DNA from: Paraspadella gotoi
Lineage: Eukaryota; Animalia; Chaetognatha
Assembly: GCA_051294375.1 (NCBI GenBank)
Contig: CM119266.1
Location: 13,056,864 to 13,120,863 of the forward strand
Direction: 5' to 3'
DNA: 64,000 nucleotides
The notes below the pieces were generated by a model. That model ran no database searches and was not told the DNA's origin. It saw only the letters and a program-made list of their open reading frames with translations. Shown here in pieces: positions 1 to 13,000 of the stretch (the stretch's first letter is position 1; each line of letters opens with the position of its first letter). The position numbers were made by a program, and so were the translations under genes.

Positions 1-350
1 GTAGGGAATATGGAATGATGTTTAGATGTTTAAATAACTATGTACGAACTTTTCAAATTAAAAGGAACGCCCCGACGTTCGAAATAGTAAAAACTCTCTT
101 TCTCTCTCTCCTGTTTTTAATAATCACCTGCCTCATGTCTCACACGAATTAAATGTAAAAATCCGTCTGAAATATACTTGTCGGGTATGATATTTTTTTT
201 ACTCGCTGCGCTCAGAACAAAGATTGCTTATGTTTCCATTCATCTCATGTCCTTTACAATTAATATAATAGTCGCCTTGTAAAATTATATCAGAAGAAAA
301 AAAATATTGTCTTGAGTCATTCGAAACAAAGACGTCGTTTGTCCAAAAAC

Positions 351-2727
351 CTGATGCAGCTGGAGATTCTTTTTGAGACCCGTGTCTCCGCCGTCGAAGA
401 AGAATCTCAGCCCGGGTTCGCGGAGCAGATCGGAGAAAGAGGAAACGTGGTGCGGCATCTTTGCCAGGGTCATGTCGGAGGTCAGCTGTGAGGAGGGGGA
501 GAGGCCGCGATTTTAATGGCAGAATTTTTGGGAATTTTTATTATTTTCATTTTCATTTTTAATTTTTATTTATTACCATTAAAAAATCGTGAAATACAGG
601 AAAAAATTACCACTATAATCTAATCTTGACGAATGACCAAAAATTAGCCCAGTTGCATTGCCGCGAAATTTAACACAACTGCAACAGCAATTCTCTGGAG
701 CCTTCAGCGAACAACATTACTATTATCGCACAATTTTATCTTCAGGGTTTAAACCTGAGCGGAGAACAAGTTGAAGATGATCCAAAAGTAAAAGATCCAA
801 AAGACGGCGAGAAGACGAAGGGCGACGTTGTAGAGGGACCGATTGACATCGTCGAATCCCAAGGCCGCGTAGGTCATGAACCACCTTTGGAACGTCGAGA
901 AAATGAGGAAATGGAAGCCTTAGTTATTAAGTCAAAAGCCCACATTTAGAAAATGACAAGAGTAACAAACAGTTCACCAAAAATTATCTGCCTACACACG
1001 TAGACGCTAGCTGCAGGCGAGAGTAGATTGAAAGCCACGCTGATTTTTTTTTTAATTTAGGAAAGTTGAAAGTAATTTTAGGGACAGAAAGTCGATTTCT
1101 AGACCAAAAACTACCACTATAATTTATTTTTATAAAATACCATCTGTATTTTATCCAACTGATGAAATGAAAGACAAAAAACATTGACTGAAATTATAAA
1201 ATGTTTGCGTTTGTGTACAACCCGTTAAAAACTCGCTGTAAATAAAACGGAACCATATTTACAGGATTTTGGTAAAGTATCGTCCGTCCTTGAGAAACTG
1301 GTGATATTGCTGAGTGTCTTTCGCGTCGAAGTGCGCGTAATACTGATAAGAATAATATGAAATTGAAATTGATATTAATATTGATATTGAAATTGATATT
1401 GACTTGCCATTTCATTAGCCTCCGAATGATCTTTTAATTTTTAATAATTTTAAAGTTTCTCACTTTTGAAGGGGGATAAATGACGTCGATGGCAATGACC
1501 GCAACGAAGCCGATTGGAACGACGGCGACAATCAGCAACCATCCATCGATGGTGAAAGACTGGCGAGGCGGGGAAGGCAATTAGGTCAGCATCGATGCAA
1601 TCGGTCAATTAAGAATGTATCAAAAAGGTTAGTAAATCGGACGATACAAAGACGAGCGTTTCACGATAGCGTTTTTAACTCATAAGTCGTTGAAATTAAA
1701 ACGATTCGGGCGCGTTGACCATAACCGTTTTTGACGTGCCCTCAGCGCCCTCTTTATCCATTTCCGACACGCCCACCTTTGCCATGTAAGTCTGAAGTCC
1801 CTCGTTCTCGTTCCCGCGGTTCCACTTCATGACGATAGCGATGCCCGCGGACATGAAAGCCCTGGAGAAGTCGACCACGTTGACGAGTTGTGGCTGAATG
1901 TAGTAATAGGTGAGCGCCATGTCCGCCCTGCCGGAAATTAGCTCGTTCACCATGCCGATCCATTGGCCGGTCGTCTCGTTTAACTTGCCTATTGCGTCGT
2001 GTGTTAAAAGGATTGTTAAAGGTGTAGACTGTAGAGATGTTAACATTTTCTAAACGAATCACTGATAAATGAGAGCATCTCTTATCATATAATCATTGAC
2101 AACATTTTTTATGAGATATTGATTATCATCATTACTAATTATTTCCTATCACGGTTTTGTATTAATTATCGCTTACCCCACAGTCCTAGCTCGCTGGGGT
2201 TTTGATAAAGCTTGAACTTTATCGGACATAAACGAAGAAAATCTTGAAACATGTCGGGGCAGAAGCCAATTAAATCGTCCAGCCTCGCATTACGCTCTGT
2301 ATAGCAGCGGGGAATCGTGGGAAGGTTAAGCTCGACGAGGATGAGATAAGGTAACAACCAAGGGGAATATCCTATTGTTGTGAGTGATAGCAAATATTAT
2401 AATAACAGTCATAGCTTGACGGAACACTACTCGCTTTTTCCCCTACATTTGCCGAAAAAAAGTTTTTAAGCTATGATTTACTTTCCTTCGCCTTTGAACT
2501 CACCCTTCTACTGATGGTTCTCGTCCGCTTGACTTACCTTTCTTTTCTTCACTGGTCCGATTGTCCCAGAGGCTCCACCCGTATTCGGCGTAAACGATGG
2601 AAAACTCTTCCTCCTTCATGGAATCGCAGATGCTCTTCAACGACTCCAGCTCGTCAATGCCGCCGACGACGCGGGCGAGGCTGACGCTGAAGAAGACGGC
2701 GACGACCCACTCCACCGACCGGAGCAT
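351..2727 (-). CDS. Divergent ionotropic glutamate receptor-like (iGluR/IR-like) gene, copy 1; 7 coding exons visible, 3' part (rest of S2, M4, tail) lies left of the window
   Basis: Hand-spliced GT-AG exons with matching phases: 2727-2538 (signal peptide MLRSVEWVVAVFFSVSLARVVGG...), 2371-2177 (S1, LIGFCPDMFQDF), 1988-1777 (GQWIGMVNELISGRADMALTYYYIQPQLVNVVDFSRAFMSAGIAIVMK, matching the iGluR S1 motif W.GM+GEL..G+AD+A......R..V+DFS.PF+..GI.I+++), 1559-1464 (M1, SFTIDGWLLIVAVVPIGFVAVIAID), 1342-1263, 884-755 (M2+M3, WFMTYAALGFDD...ALRLLAVFWIFYFWIIFNLFSAQ), 485-351 (LTSDMTLAKMPHHVSSFSDLL, start of S2). The frame stays open across all junctions. Confidence 0.88.
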
Positions 2728-4540
2728 CTTCCGGCGCCGAGACTTTGTAGATGCCGAACCGAGACCGGAAAATGGGCGGTCAAGGACGTGGCGGGAAGAT
2801 AATTCTGTCCGGTCGCGGGAGTCGGGCGGCGGCTGAGGGATTTGGTCGATCATAATGTCGATACATTTTTTTTTATTTCAATGAGAACTCTTTGTCTTTC
2901 TTATCCCGTCTAAAATTATAAAATAATCGACTCGTTGAAAAAAAAAAAATTAATGTCAGCGGAAAGAAGAAATCCTTGGAAAACCGGATCCAGGAAACGG
3001 AGACGAAAAAAAAAGTTAGAAAAGTCGCCCCCCCGAATTCCGGGTGAGTTTTGCACAGCGCCTCGGGCTGTTTTGTTTGTCTATTTTTGCTTTAAGTCGC
3101 TCAGCGTGGGACTTCTCGTTGCCCTTGGGGTGTCAGCTTTTTGAAGTTTTCTCGACTACTGGTTTGAAGAATGGAGAAAAGAGAGAGAGAGAGTAAGAAA
3201 GAGAGAGAGAGATTTATTTTAAAAGCAAGTAACTCTTTTTGAACTCGAGGGAGCGAGTTATTTTAATCGAGAGACCTGCTCCTCATCCTCGCGTTGTTGT
3301 TGTCACGAAATCGACGAGATTTCGTGACGAAAAATTTCATCGGAACTCGTTTCTCGTTTTTTCTTTTTATTAATTAAGTATACTAGTTAGTAGTTAGTAG
3401 TTAATTTTCGAATAAGGTAGAAATTTTTGAATCCGATTTTATTTCAATTATCCACGTAGCTTTTTTAAGTTTTGCTCATTGAGATATCTGGGCGCAGGTT
3501 TCGAATGAATCTCGTCATAAATTATTAGCCATAAAAAAATTAATCGGTTTCAGAGGACAATGTATTTTTTTACTAAAGGGGGAAAAATATAGGTTGTCTG
3601 TGACCTGGACTTAAATAATTGATCATTTTGAAACGAGTTTTTAAACGCACTGTAAACTCGCTCTTGTTTCGTGACTATTTATAGTTTTTGGTAAAAGTGC
3701 TTAGTAAATGGTGGTAAAAAGCAAAAAGTATCATAATATTCTGCTTTCGCATATGCACAATCTCGAAGGTTTATTTGAACATGTTTATTCCTCTTTCTTT
3801 CTACTGAGGCGACTACACTACAAACTTTTTTCCTTAATTTTTATCAATACATAAATATTACATATGTATAGCAACCTCTCTTTTGGAGAGCAGATTTTGA
3901 CTAGAATATAGCAAGGTTCACCTTTGATAATATATAGAAAGCAATAACAGTCGAACGAAATCGTATGCTAACTTATTGACTTTTGACTTTTTCTCGCTTC
4001 TAGATGCAAGATGTCGCTGCTTCGAAAACTAAGTGATGGTGGTAAAAAAAATTCAACAAGAGAGCAGGTCGCCTTTTTAAAAGGTTATTAATGCTAGACG
4101 AAAATTTCATTTATAATTATGTTCATTTCACTTGGAGCGATTAATACTATAAATGGGACAGAATTTAGCAAAGGAAGTGAATCTAAGACCATCTTCCCAG
4201 TCCGTGAGTCGTAAATTTAAGTTGAGTCTCCGGCGCGCCAGACTTCTAAAATCCCATAATCTAATGATAGTTTTTCTAAATTTATTATCAACAAATTAAA
4301 ACAAAATTGAAAAAAAAAGTTTTATAGTATTAGTCGTACATAAATGTACTCTGAATACTTTTTTTTTCGGTTGAAAAACGATGATGGTCTCGGGCTTTGC
4401 CATCTTCCATTTTCTTTCGCCTTAAATCTTTGATATCATCGAAAATTCAGACAGCTGGAATCCATAAAGCCTTTCTTCCGTCTCGCGCGCGCTGGCGGAA
4501 TATATCGCTGCCTTTTGTTAGGAAATGGAGAGAGAGAGAG

Positions 4541-4607
<67 letters not shown>

Positions 4608-5238
4608 TCGATATCTTCTTTGTTTAAAGCTTGAATGAAAATGGTGCGGATATTTCTTCAGCTTTCAAGTCTTCCTTTACTAACAACACTATGGAACCTT
4701 GGATGTGACGAGACTTCGAGACTTCTCGTTCCGCGAATTTCCTGACCTTTTTCTTCCATTTTTTTCTCTCTCTCGAAGAATATTTTCTTTTCGGTCCTGA
4801 AAACCGAAGAGAAGTAAAAGAAAAATGGGAGGAAGAGAAGGAGAATCCTTTGAAATGTGAAGCCCGTGAGACCTGGAGAGAGTGGAGGCTGAACCCGGTA
4901 AGAAACTCGGATAGGTAAGAAAGGAGAGAATCAGACATCAGTTCAATAGTGGAATAATATTCAGGATAGAACAATCTTTTAACTTTAAACCTTCTTCGAG
5001 TGGTCAAGGAAGTTCATTTGATCTTGGAGAGGCACCTCATTTCGATTGCCGTACCAGTTTTGTCTTTTTGAGTCTCTCGTTCCCTTTCTCTTTCATGAAT
5101 AGATCCCAAACTCGTAACATGACAAATTCGTCAGCGACGTTCACTTAATATAAAGGTGTTTCGCTACCAAAGAAGGATTTGTCATGAATTAAAGTAAAGG
5201 GGGAAGAAAAAGGATAAAAGAAGAAAAAACCAAGGAGG

Positions 5239-5386
<148 letters not shown>

Positions 5387-8300
5387 TCCCTTCTCCCGGA
5401 GAAGAATTCCGTTCACGTTCGCGAAAAGCTTAATGGCGAATGATAACAAAAGAAAAAGAATGATGGGAAAACGGGGTCCATTTAAAGCGAAAAAAAGAAG
5501 AGGAAAAAGAAAAAAAAAAGAATAAAACATTGGGATTTGCATGAAAAAGAAGTATTCAGAAAAAAAAAAGCAGGTGCTCGTTTTTCACCTGAGCCAGCTG
5601 TGCCTTTTTTCGGCGCTTACGAAGCGTCTACATGGAATAAAAGAAATCTATTTTTATTCATTTTTTTATATATTATATATTATATGTATTATTTCTCCTC
5701 AAATTTTTATTTGTGGCTCTTTTGAGGGTCAACGATTTCTGCTCTCGAGGTCGTTCGGCGTCCAAAGAGAAATTCTTTTGACTCGCGTAGGAATTCGTAA
5801 AGGTCCAGAGTTCGAGACTGGATGTAGCTAAAAAATTTAATAGTAAATAGTAAGAGCGCAAGTAAAAGCTTTTCAAAATGACCAAAACCGAGAGCTTTTG
5901 GAAGCAACAATATATAATCCAAATGAGACCCATAACAATTTCAACAACCAGTCTTCTCGCGACCCACTCACTCACTCCTTCATCGCACCCGTCCANNNNN
6001 NNNNNNNNNNNNNNNNNNNNNNNNNNNNNNNNNNNNNNNNNNNNNNNNNNNNNNNNNNNNNNNNNNNNNNNNNNNNNNNNNNNNNNNNNNNNNNNNNNNN
6101 NNNNNNNNNNNNNNNNNNNNNNNNNNNNNNNNNNNNNNNNNNNNNNNNNNNNNNNNNNNNNNNNNNNNNNNNNNNNNNNNNNNNNNNNNNNNNNNNNNNN
6201 NNNNNNNNNNNNNNNNNNNNNNNNNNNNNNNNNNNNNNNNNNNNNNNNNNNNNNNNNNNNNNNNNNNNNNNNNNNNNNNNNNNNNNNNNNNNNNNNNNNN
6301 NNNNNNNNNNNNNNNNNNNNNNNNNNNNNNNNNNNNNNNNNNNNNNNNNNNNNNNNNNNNNNNNNNNNNNNNNNNNNNNNNNNNNNNNNNNNNNNNNNNN
6401 NNNNNNNNNNNNNNNNNNNNNNNNNNNNNNNNNNNNNNNNNNNNNNNNNNNNNNNNNNNNNNNNNNNNNNNNNNNNNNNNNNNNNNNNNNNNNNNNNNNN
6501 NNNNNNNNNNNNNNNNNNNNNNNNNNNNNNNNNNNNNNNNNNNNNNNNNNNNNNNNNNNNNNNNNNNNNNNNNNNNNNNNNNNNNNNNNNNNNNNNNNNN
6601 NNNNNNNNNNNNNNNNNNNNNNNNNNNNNNNNNNNNNNNNNNNNNNNNNNNNNNNNNNNNNNNNNNNNNNNNNNNNNNNNNNNNNNNNNNNNNNNNNNNN
6701 NNNNNNNNNNNNNNNNNNNNNNNNNNNNNNNNNNNNNNNNNNNNNNNNNNNNNNNNNNNNNNNNNNNNNNNNNNNNNNNNNNNNNNNNNNNNNNNNNNNN
6801 NNNNNNNNNNNNNNNNNNNNNNNNNNNNNNNNNNNNNNNNNNNNNNNNNNNNNNNNNNNNNNNNNNNNNNNNNNNNNNNNNNNNNNNNNNNNNNNNNNNN
6901 NNNNNNNNNNNNNNNNNNNNNNNNNNNNNNNNNNNNNNNNNNNNNNNNNNNNNNNNTCGCTTGCTAATGATTTTTCTACGCGAGATAGACAAAGAAACCG
7001 AATGATTTTTATTTCAATTTTGAGTTAATGATTGTTTGCCTCTGGTTGATGGTTATGATTTTATGGCTCCATCGATAATCAATAAATGATAAATATAGAA
7101 CATTGCGACGACGCATACAACCCTAGATAAAATCTATTTTCGATCATTTGCCTATTAGTCGTCATAACTACCTAAATCTAATTCTTATAACTGTCACTAC
7201 ATACATTGATCAAAAATAAAAAATATCAACGACCACCCACGGACGCAGAGTGCGCTCTGCAGCAGTATTCTGCAACAGCGCAGTCCGCAGCAGACTCACG
7301 TTATGAGGATATTCCGAGATTCGAAAGGGAATAAAAGATTCGGACAAACGGAACNNNNNNNNNNNNNNNNNNNNNNNNNNNNNNNNNNNNNNNNNNNNNN
7401 NNNNNNNNNNNNNNNNNNNNNNNNNNNNNNNNNNNNNNNNNNNNNNNNNNNNNNNNNNNNNNNNNNNNNNNNNNNNNNNNNNNNNNNNNNNNNNNNNNNN
7501 NNNNNNNNNNTTTTTGTCGATGGGATTTTTGAGGGATGGAAAGGGAGAAAGGGTCGTTTCAAATGGAAGAGAAGTGATAAAAAGAGTGACAGAGGAGTGA
7601 TAAGATGAGGAAATTTACTGAAATTTAAGGAGGAATTTGATAAAAGAAGATTGGAAATATGTAAAATAACATTCTTTGTACTATAAAAAAGGATTGCAAA
7701 AGAGTGGACAAAGAGAGAACGCAAGATTATGAATAAAGAGGAGAGAGAGAAAAAAGTAATAATAGAAGTTGAAAGTGTGAAGATCACAGAAGTCGAGAAA
7801 TAGGAAAAAAGAAAAATGAAGAAAGAAGAGTTAGGGGGCGTGGAGGGAAGGGGGGGAGGGGGGGCGGGGGGGGGGGGGCGAGAGGAAGGTGAGACCGCAG
7901 ACTGCGAGGACTATGGGGATCAATCTTCACGCTTTTTTGATTTCCCTTCGCGCGGAAAAACGATGAAGGGATTCTTTCCTTCGTTTTTTCTTCTCTTCTT
8001 TTTTCTTTTCTTTTCTTTTCTTTTCTTTTCTTTTCTTATCTTTTTTCTTTGTTCTTTCTTTCTTTCTTTCTTGTCTTTTCTTTACTCTTCTCTTTCTTTC
8101 TTTCTTTCTTCCTTTGCTTTGTCCTGTTCTTTATATTTCTTTTAAGTTGATTTTCCCAGATTCTGTAGAGGCTATTACTCTTTTTTTTTTTCATTTACAT
8201 TTTCTTTTGTTTTATTATAACGGACGGTTGGTATAGGTCCTCTTTTTCTTTGCCTCATTTTCTTCCTATCGTATATGTATCAAGTTATTTTTTTGGTTTT

Positions 8301-9299
8301 TGATTTCGTGTGACTATATTTTTGTTATTTTTGTCGCTTTCTTTTTGACGTTTGTTCTTTCTATTAACCGTTGTTTGTCCTGCGACTCTATAACTTCGTC
8401 GTTTACTTAATTTTTCTTCTTTTCTTCCTAATCCGTTTTTTCGTATGATTCTTTCTTTCGTTTCTTCTTTTATTTTCTTTTAGGAAATTCTTTTTTGTTC
8501 AGGTTGAGGTTTTGTGTCTCTTTTAAATCCTTTTGTTTTTCTTCTTTTCGTAATTGTTTCTGTTCCTTTAAACTTTTCTTTTCTCTGGAAATACACTATC
8601 TTTACTCAACCCTGATGAACCTGTTTCTTTGTTAAAGTTGTTATATTTAAATTTTGTAAATGGCAAAGATGTATTTCAGTTAAATTAAATTGTTGGGGAT
8701 TCTTATTCTTATTGGGTTCTTTTAATTCCCTCCGTTTTTTTTTTCTCCCTACTTCCGCCTTTTATGTCTCTACTTATCTCTTAATCTTTCTATATTTATG
8801 TCCCAATTTTTTTTTTAATTTTTCTTATTTTTCCACTTATTTGTTTAAGTTTCTCTTTCCTGTGGTCTTGTTTTCTTTCTTTTTTGTCTTCTTTTCTTTT
8901 TTTCCTCTCGCCCTTTCTTTCTTGTCTTTCTTTTCTTTCTTCTTGTATCTGTTCCATTCTTTCTTTTTTCTTTCTTGTTCTTCCTTTCTTTTATCTTCTT
9001 CTGGTTCATTTCTCTTTTTTACTTTCTCTTTCTGCTTTTTTTAGTCTTTTTCCTTCTTCTTCTTTCTTTCTTTTTTTCTTCACCAAACTTCTCTAGTGAA
9101 ATGGAAACCAATTCCTTTCTTTTCTCTGGAATGGATAAGTTTAGGAATAAAACCAGTCAAAGAAAAAAATCTTTCGCAAGTGTTCCCGCCTATAGCTGAC
9201 ATCGACAGGGACGAAAAATAAGTAAGACTGGAGCGCCTGTCAGCACTGCCTGAGCATCCGCTGGTGGCTTCGCGGAAATGAATAATCGAGCCTATTGAG

Positions 9300-9396
9300 T
9301 TAATTATAGGGACTCTGATTGGAGCAGTACGGACTGGACAGGCCAATAAGACGAGAGAGAGAGAGGAGAAGAGGAGAGATGAGAGAGAGGAGACGA

Positions 9397-9428
<32 letters not shown>

Positions 9429-9447
9429 TGAGAGAGAGAGAGAGGAA

Positions 9448-9478
<31 letters not shown>

Positions 9479-10092
9479 AAAATTTTATGCTATGGAAGGT
9501 TAGAGTGTGGGTATGAGAGTCCGTTAGCGGTGTGCAATCCGCAACGGCGGGAAAGAAGACCACGGGGAGTAAACGCGCACAGAGGGAGATGTCTTACGAG
9601 TTTGGGTTAGCCCTGGGGGGTGAGGGACGGCCGTTCAGAAAAGAAGCCGGACGACCTTGGGGGTGGCAAAGATGGACACAAGGAAGGGAAAATACAAGGA
9701 GGCGACCCTCAGAAGGAGAGGGTAGGGAAGGGAGCGCCATGGTGGTTCAGCCCAGACCGTTCATGGCTACTAAAGGGGTTATAGAAGTTACGGGATAGTA
9801 GGGGTCGATATTGAATCATATCAGAACCACACACATGTAGCCGTGCGCTTTATATACACAAAACAATAATGTGTTGGAATGAGGTTAAACATATTTCACA
9901 AGATTCCAGTTCAATTAGATCATCAAGACAAACAATTTTTGCGTAAAAGAAATTAAATTAATTGATAATTGCCTAATTAATTTAATAATTAGACTATGAA
10001 TAAATTAATTATTAATAATAATTAATTTGTTATAGAAAATGATCAGTGAGGCAGATCACGGACAGGTATGTTTGCAATTGCAAAACTTGTTT
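9300..10092 (+). mobile_element. Probable degraded third copy of the same HINE-like family
   Basis: 3'-terminus-like gcagatcacggac...tttgcaattgcaaaaCTTGTT at ~10051-10092, preceded by the same (TTAA)-rich tract. The 5' boundary is only weakly recognisable. Confidence 0.3.
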
Positions 10093-13000
10093 TTGTCTCA
10101 AGACTTATAGGCCTCACGAATTTAGATCAAAACGCAAGAGACGACATTACAAATATATAATTTTTGTTTGTCCGCGAATCTTTGTATTTGTCCAATCATT
10201 TTTTATTTTTTCGCTTCATTAGTTATTAGAGTTGAAATTTAGAAAAGCAAGGAGAATGAATTCAATTTTTAAAGGTTATGGTTTTTTTGATTGCACTACA
10301 CTCATCTTTTGACGATCCATCGATTCTTGTCCTTTCATCGTTAATTCTTCTCTCACTTTGCTCAATCCGCGAACGCCGACCGTTCTTATTTTATATGGCG
10401 AACGGCGTCTTCCTATCGCCGAAGAGTGGATAGATGCCGCTCTCCCGTCTTGCCCGCACCAGCGAACACCGATTTTGGAATGGCGGCGCTTCCGGCGATC
10501 GGGTGACGACCTGCGCCGCTCACGGAGAAAAATAGGCATTCCGGAACGCACGGACTCCCGCTACGGAGCAATCTCGACCCAAATTTCGGAGATCAGCGAT
10601 GGTTCGTGTTCGTTTTTTTGGTCTTTTGTTCGTTTGTTCGTCACGTCCGTCACCAGATTTAAATAGTATTATTTTTGTATTTAGTCACCCACAGAAACCG
10701 TATTCTACTCTAAAATGTGTGGTCGATACTATTTGGTAAACTTGTTCCAAAGCTTTTGTCAAATTTCGAAACTAAATCGTATTGAAGTGAGTTTCACACG
10801 AAGATAAGGTTTAAATGAGATTGCCTTATTGGCAATGATATATAAACTCAAATTTTTATTTTAACTTTAGTTATTTCTCCGTCAATTTGTCAAAGAAATG
10901 ACCCTCTACATCAACAAAACAGCGTCAAACGCGGGAAATAGTAGTAGATATGCAGGGTTATTATATATCAGTAAGGAGTCCGTGATTCCGATTGTCGCCG
11001 AGTTAGGCCTTGCCCCTGTTGTGATTCCTGTACCTTTCCATGTACTTAAATATGTTATGAAGTTTATTTTTTTTAACTGTAAAGCGCACTATTGAATATT
11101 TTACGTTTTTAAATTTAAACCGCACTGTAATATGCAAATGAGAAATTAAAGGACAAATGATTTCTCCAATATAAAAATCGAATATTGGGGGCAGATAAAT
11201 ATAAAATAACTGCATTGTCTTATCTGCAACGAGTAATATTTATTTGTAACATACAAGTTAAGTCACTCTTAAAATTTTATATTTTTTTTGAAAAAAATAG
11301 AATAAACAAATATTCTAATTATAATTAATTAATTGTGATTAGTATCAAAAATTATTAAAAGGGATTTTAAAGTAATTCAATCTTTTAACGTCATTTAGGA
11401 AAAAAATAATTATTAAAATTTTAGCACAATCTGGGAAGAAAATTTGAATGTGGCAGCAAGACTTAAGGGGACCAGTGATAAAAATGATATCATAAGTCAT
11501 AATTTTTTCTTCGCGCGGGAAAGTGGAGAAAAATTCCCATCTTCTTCGTGCAATTCGACAAGGACTGAGTTATTTATTGGATAAAAATGGTTAAATTGAA
11601 TTCCCCCTAAATACTAATAGCGCTCCATTCTCTGTACTTTTCACTTTGGAAGTACATTTTTTACCATGAATTTTGAATTATTTATTTAATTAAGCAGAAA
11701 GCTGAATTCTTGCGTATTTGGGCCTCTTTAATAAATGAATTTTAATGGTAGGTATTTAATATTTTTCAGAATGCGCACAGGAAAGTACAAGAAAAAAAAA
11801 CCAAATCCCTCTTAAAATTTCAAAAACAAGGATGTTATTAATCAATATTGGTAAAGCACTCTTGTCATGACCCCTGAAAATATCTTTCCTGGTTTCCTTG
11901 ACTACTTGTTACAGCCAAACTGATGGAATTTTAAAGGAGAGATAAAGAGCGGCTTCCTTCTTCTCATACTTGTATTAATGTTGGAGGTTACATTTCTATC
12001 CATTAGTGAATTGATTTGAAAGGAAAAAATGATTTAAAATTTAATGTCCTTACCATAATATTCATAACTATTACCCGATTTAGTTTTATTTTTTTTTAAT
12101 TTTTTTAAAGAAAAAATAATCAGCGTAAGAGGTGGCCCAGACGGAAAGTGAATGAAACTCACATCCGTACGGAACCAAACTGGACAAATTTCAACAATGA
12201 AATAACATTTAATATCTTAATAACAATTTTTCAACAGAAAACCACTACAAACTACGGCACTCTAAGGGTACAAGAGTAACAAAGAGTTTCGTATACATCG
12301 TCTATCGTCTTTGTTGAATCATTTTAGTTCGCTAAAAATGTTCCGACCGGGCACAAATTATCAAAACTTGAATTGATAAGTAAATAGAAATGGGCTATGT
12401 TGTTTTATGCATAATTTTTATGGTTTATTTCTTTTCCTCTTCAATCTCTATCTCACTCGTTATAATAAAATTTATAAGTAGGGGAGCTACGTCGTAATCT
12501 GAGAAATCGAGGAAGACTTTTTCACAAATGGAGAATTTTCGTTAAAGATCTGACCTCCCAAAATAATGTCAACGATGCCCCTAGGGAAGAAATTTCAGTT
12601 TGTAAAAAATAGGATGTAAAAACAACTCGACTTCCGATCCCTGTTACATCTCAAGGGCTCGCATTTTCTCTCTCTCTTGACAAATACCATAATCTTTCGA
12701 CATCAAAACCATCAGATTTCAAATGGACTGGTCCGCTCGAAAATATTTTCGATCGTCAATTTTAAATTATTATTATACATATTAAAGGGGAATTTCTCCC
12801 AAGTTCAATACAATGTCACGCATTTAACATATGTTTGAATTTCTAAACCAATAAAAACTTCGAATTCAGGAATCCGATAGCCATATGCTTCCTGAAGGGC
12901 TCTCAAAATTTTTCTTTAACATTTTATTTGGTTTATTTTAATATGATACGATAATGGTAAAATGAATTAGTCCCATTTTCGGGTGAAATTTTTATTTAAA

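Noticed and set aside
995-1040. Possible extra small iGluR exon between M1 and M2
   Set aside because: Exon 1342-1263 splices in frame directly to 884, giving YFTKILWF, which fits the M2 consensus. The extra exon is unnecessary and its donor is weak.
1696-2046. ORF-track start and end for the S1 exon
   Set aside because: The ORF ends are intronic. The true exon is 1988-1777, based on splice sites and homology.
5673-7028. Long ORFs (375-439 aa) in the ORF track, and similar ones at 31455, 35037, 38765, 44622, 47907 and 63419
   Set aside because: They are open only because they run through N gaps.
10276-10666. GC-rich ORFs on both strands
   Set aside because: No recognisable motif; lies in the noisy repeat-rich block and is probably a TE fragment.
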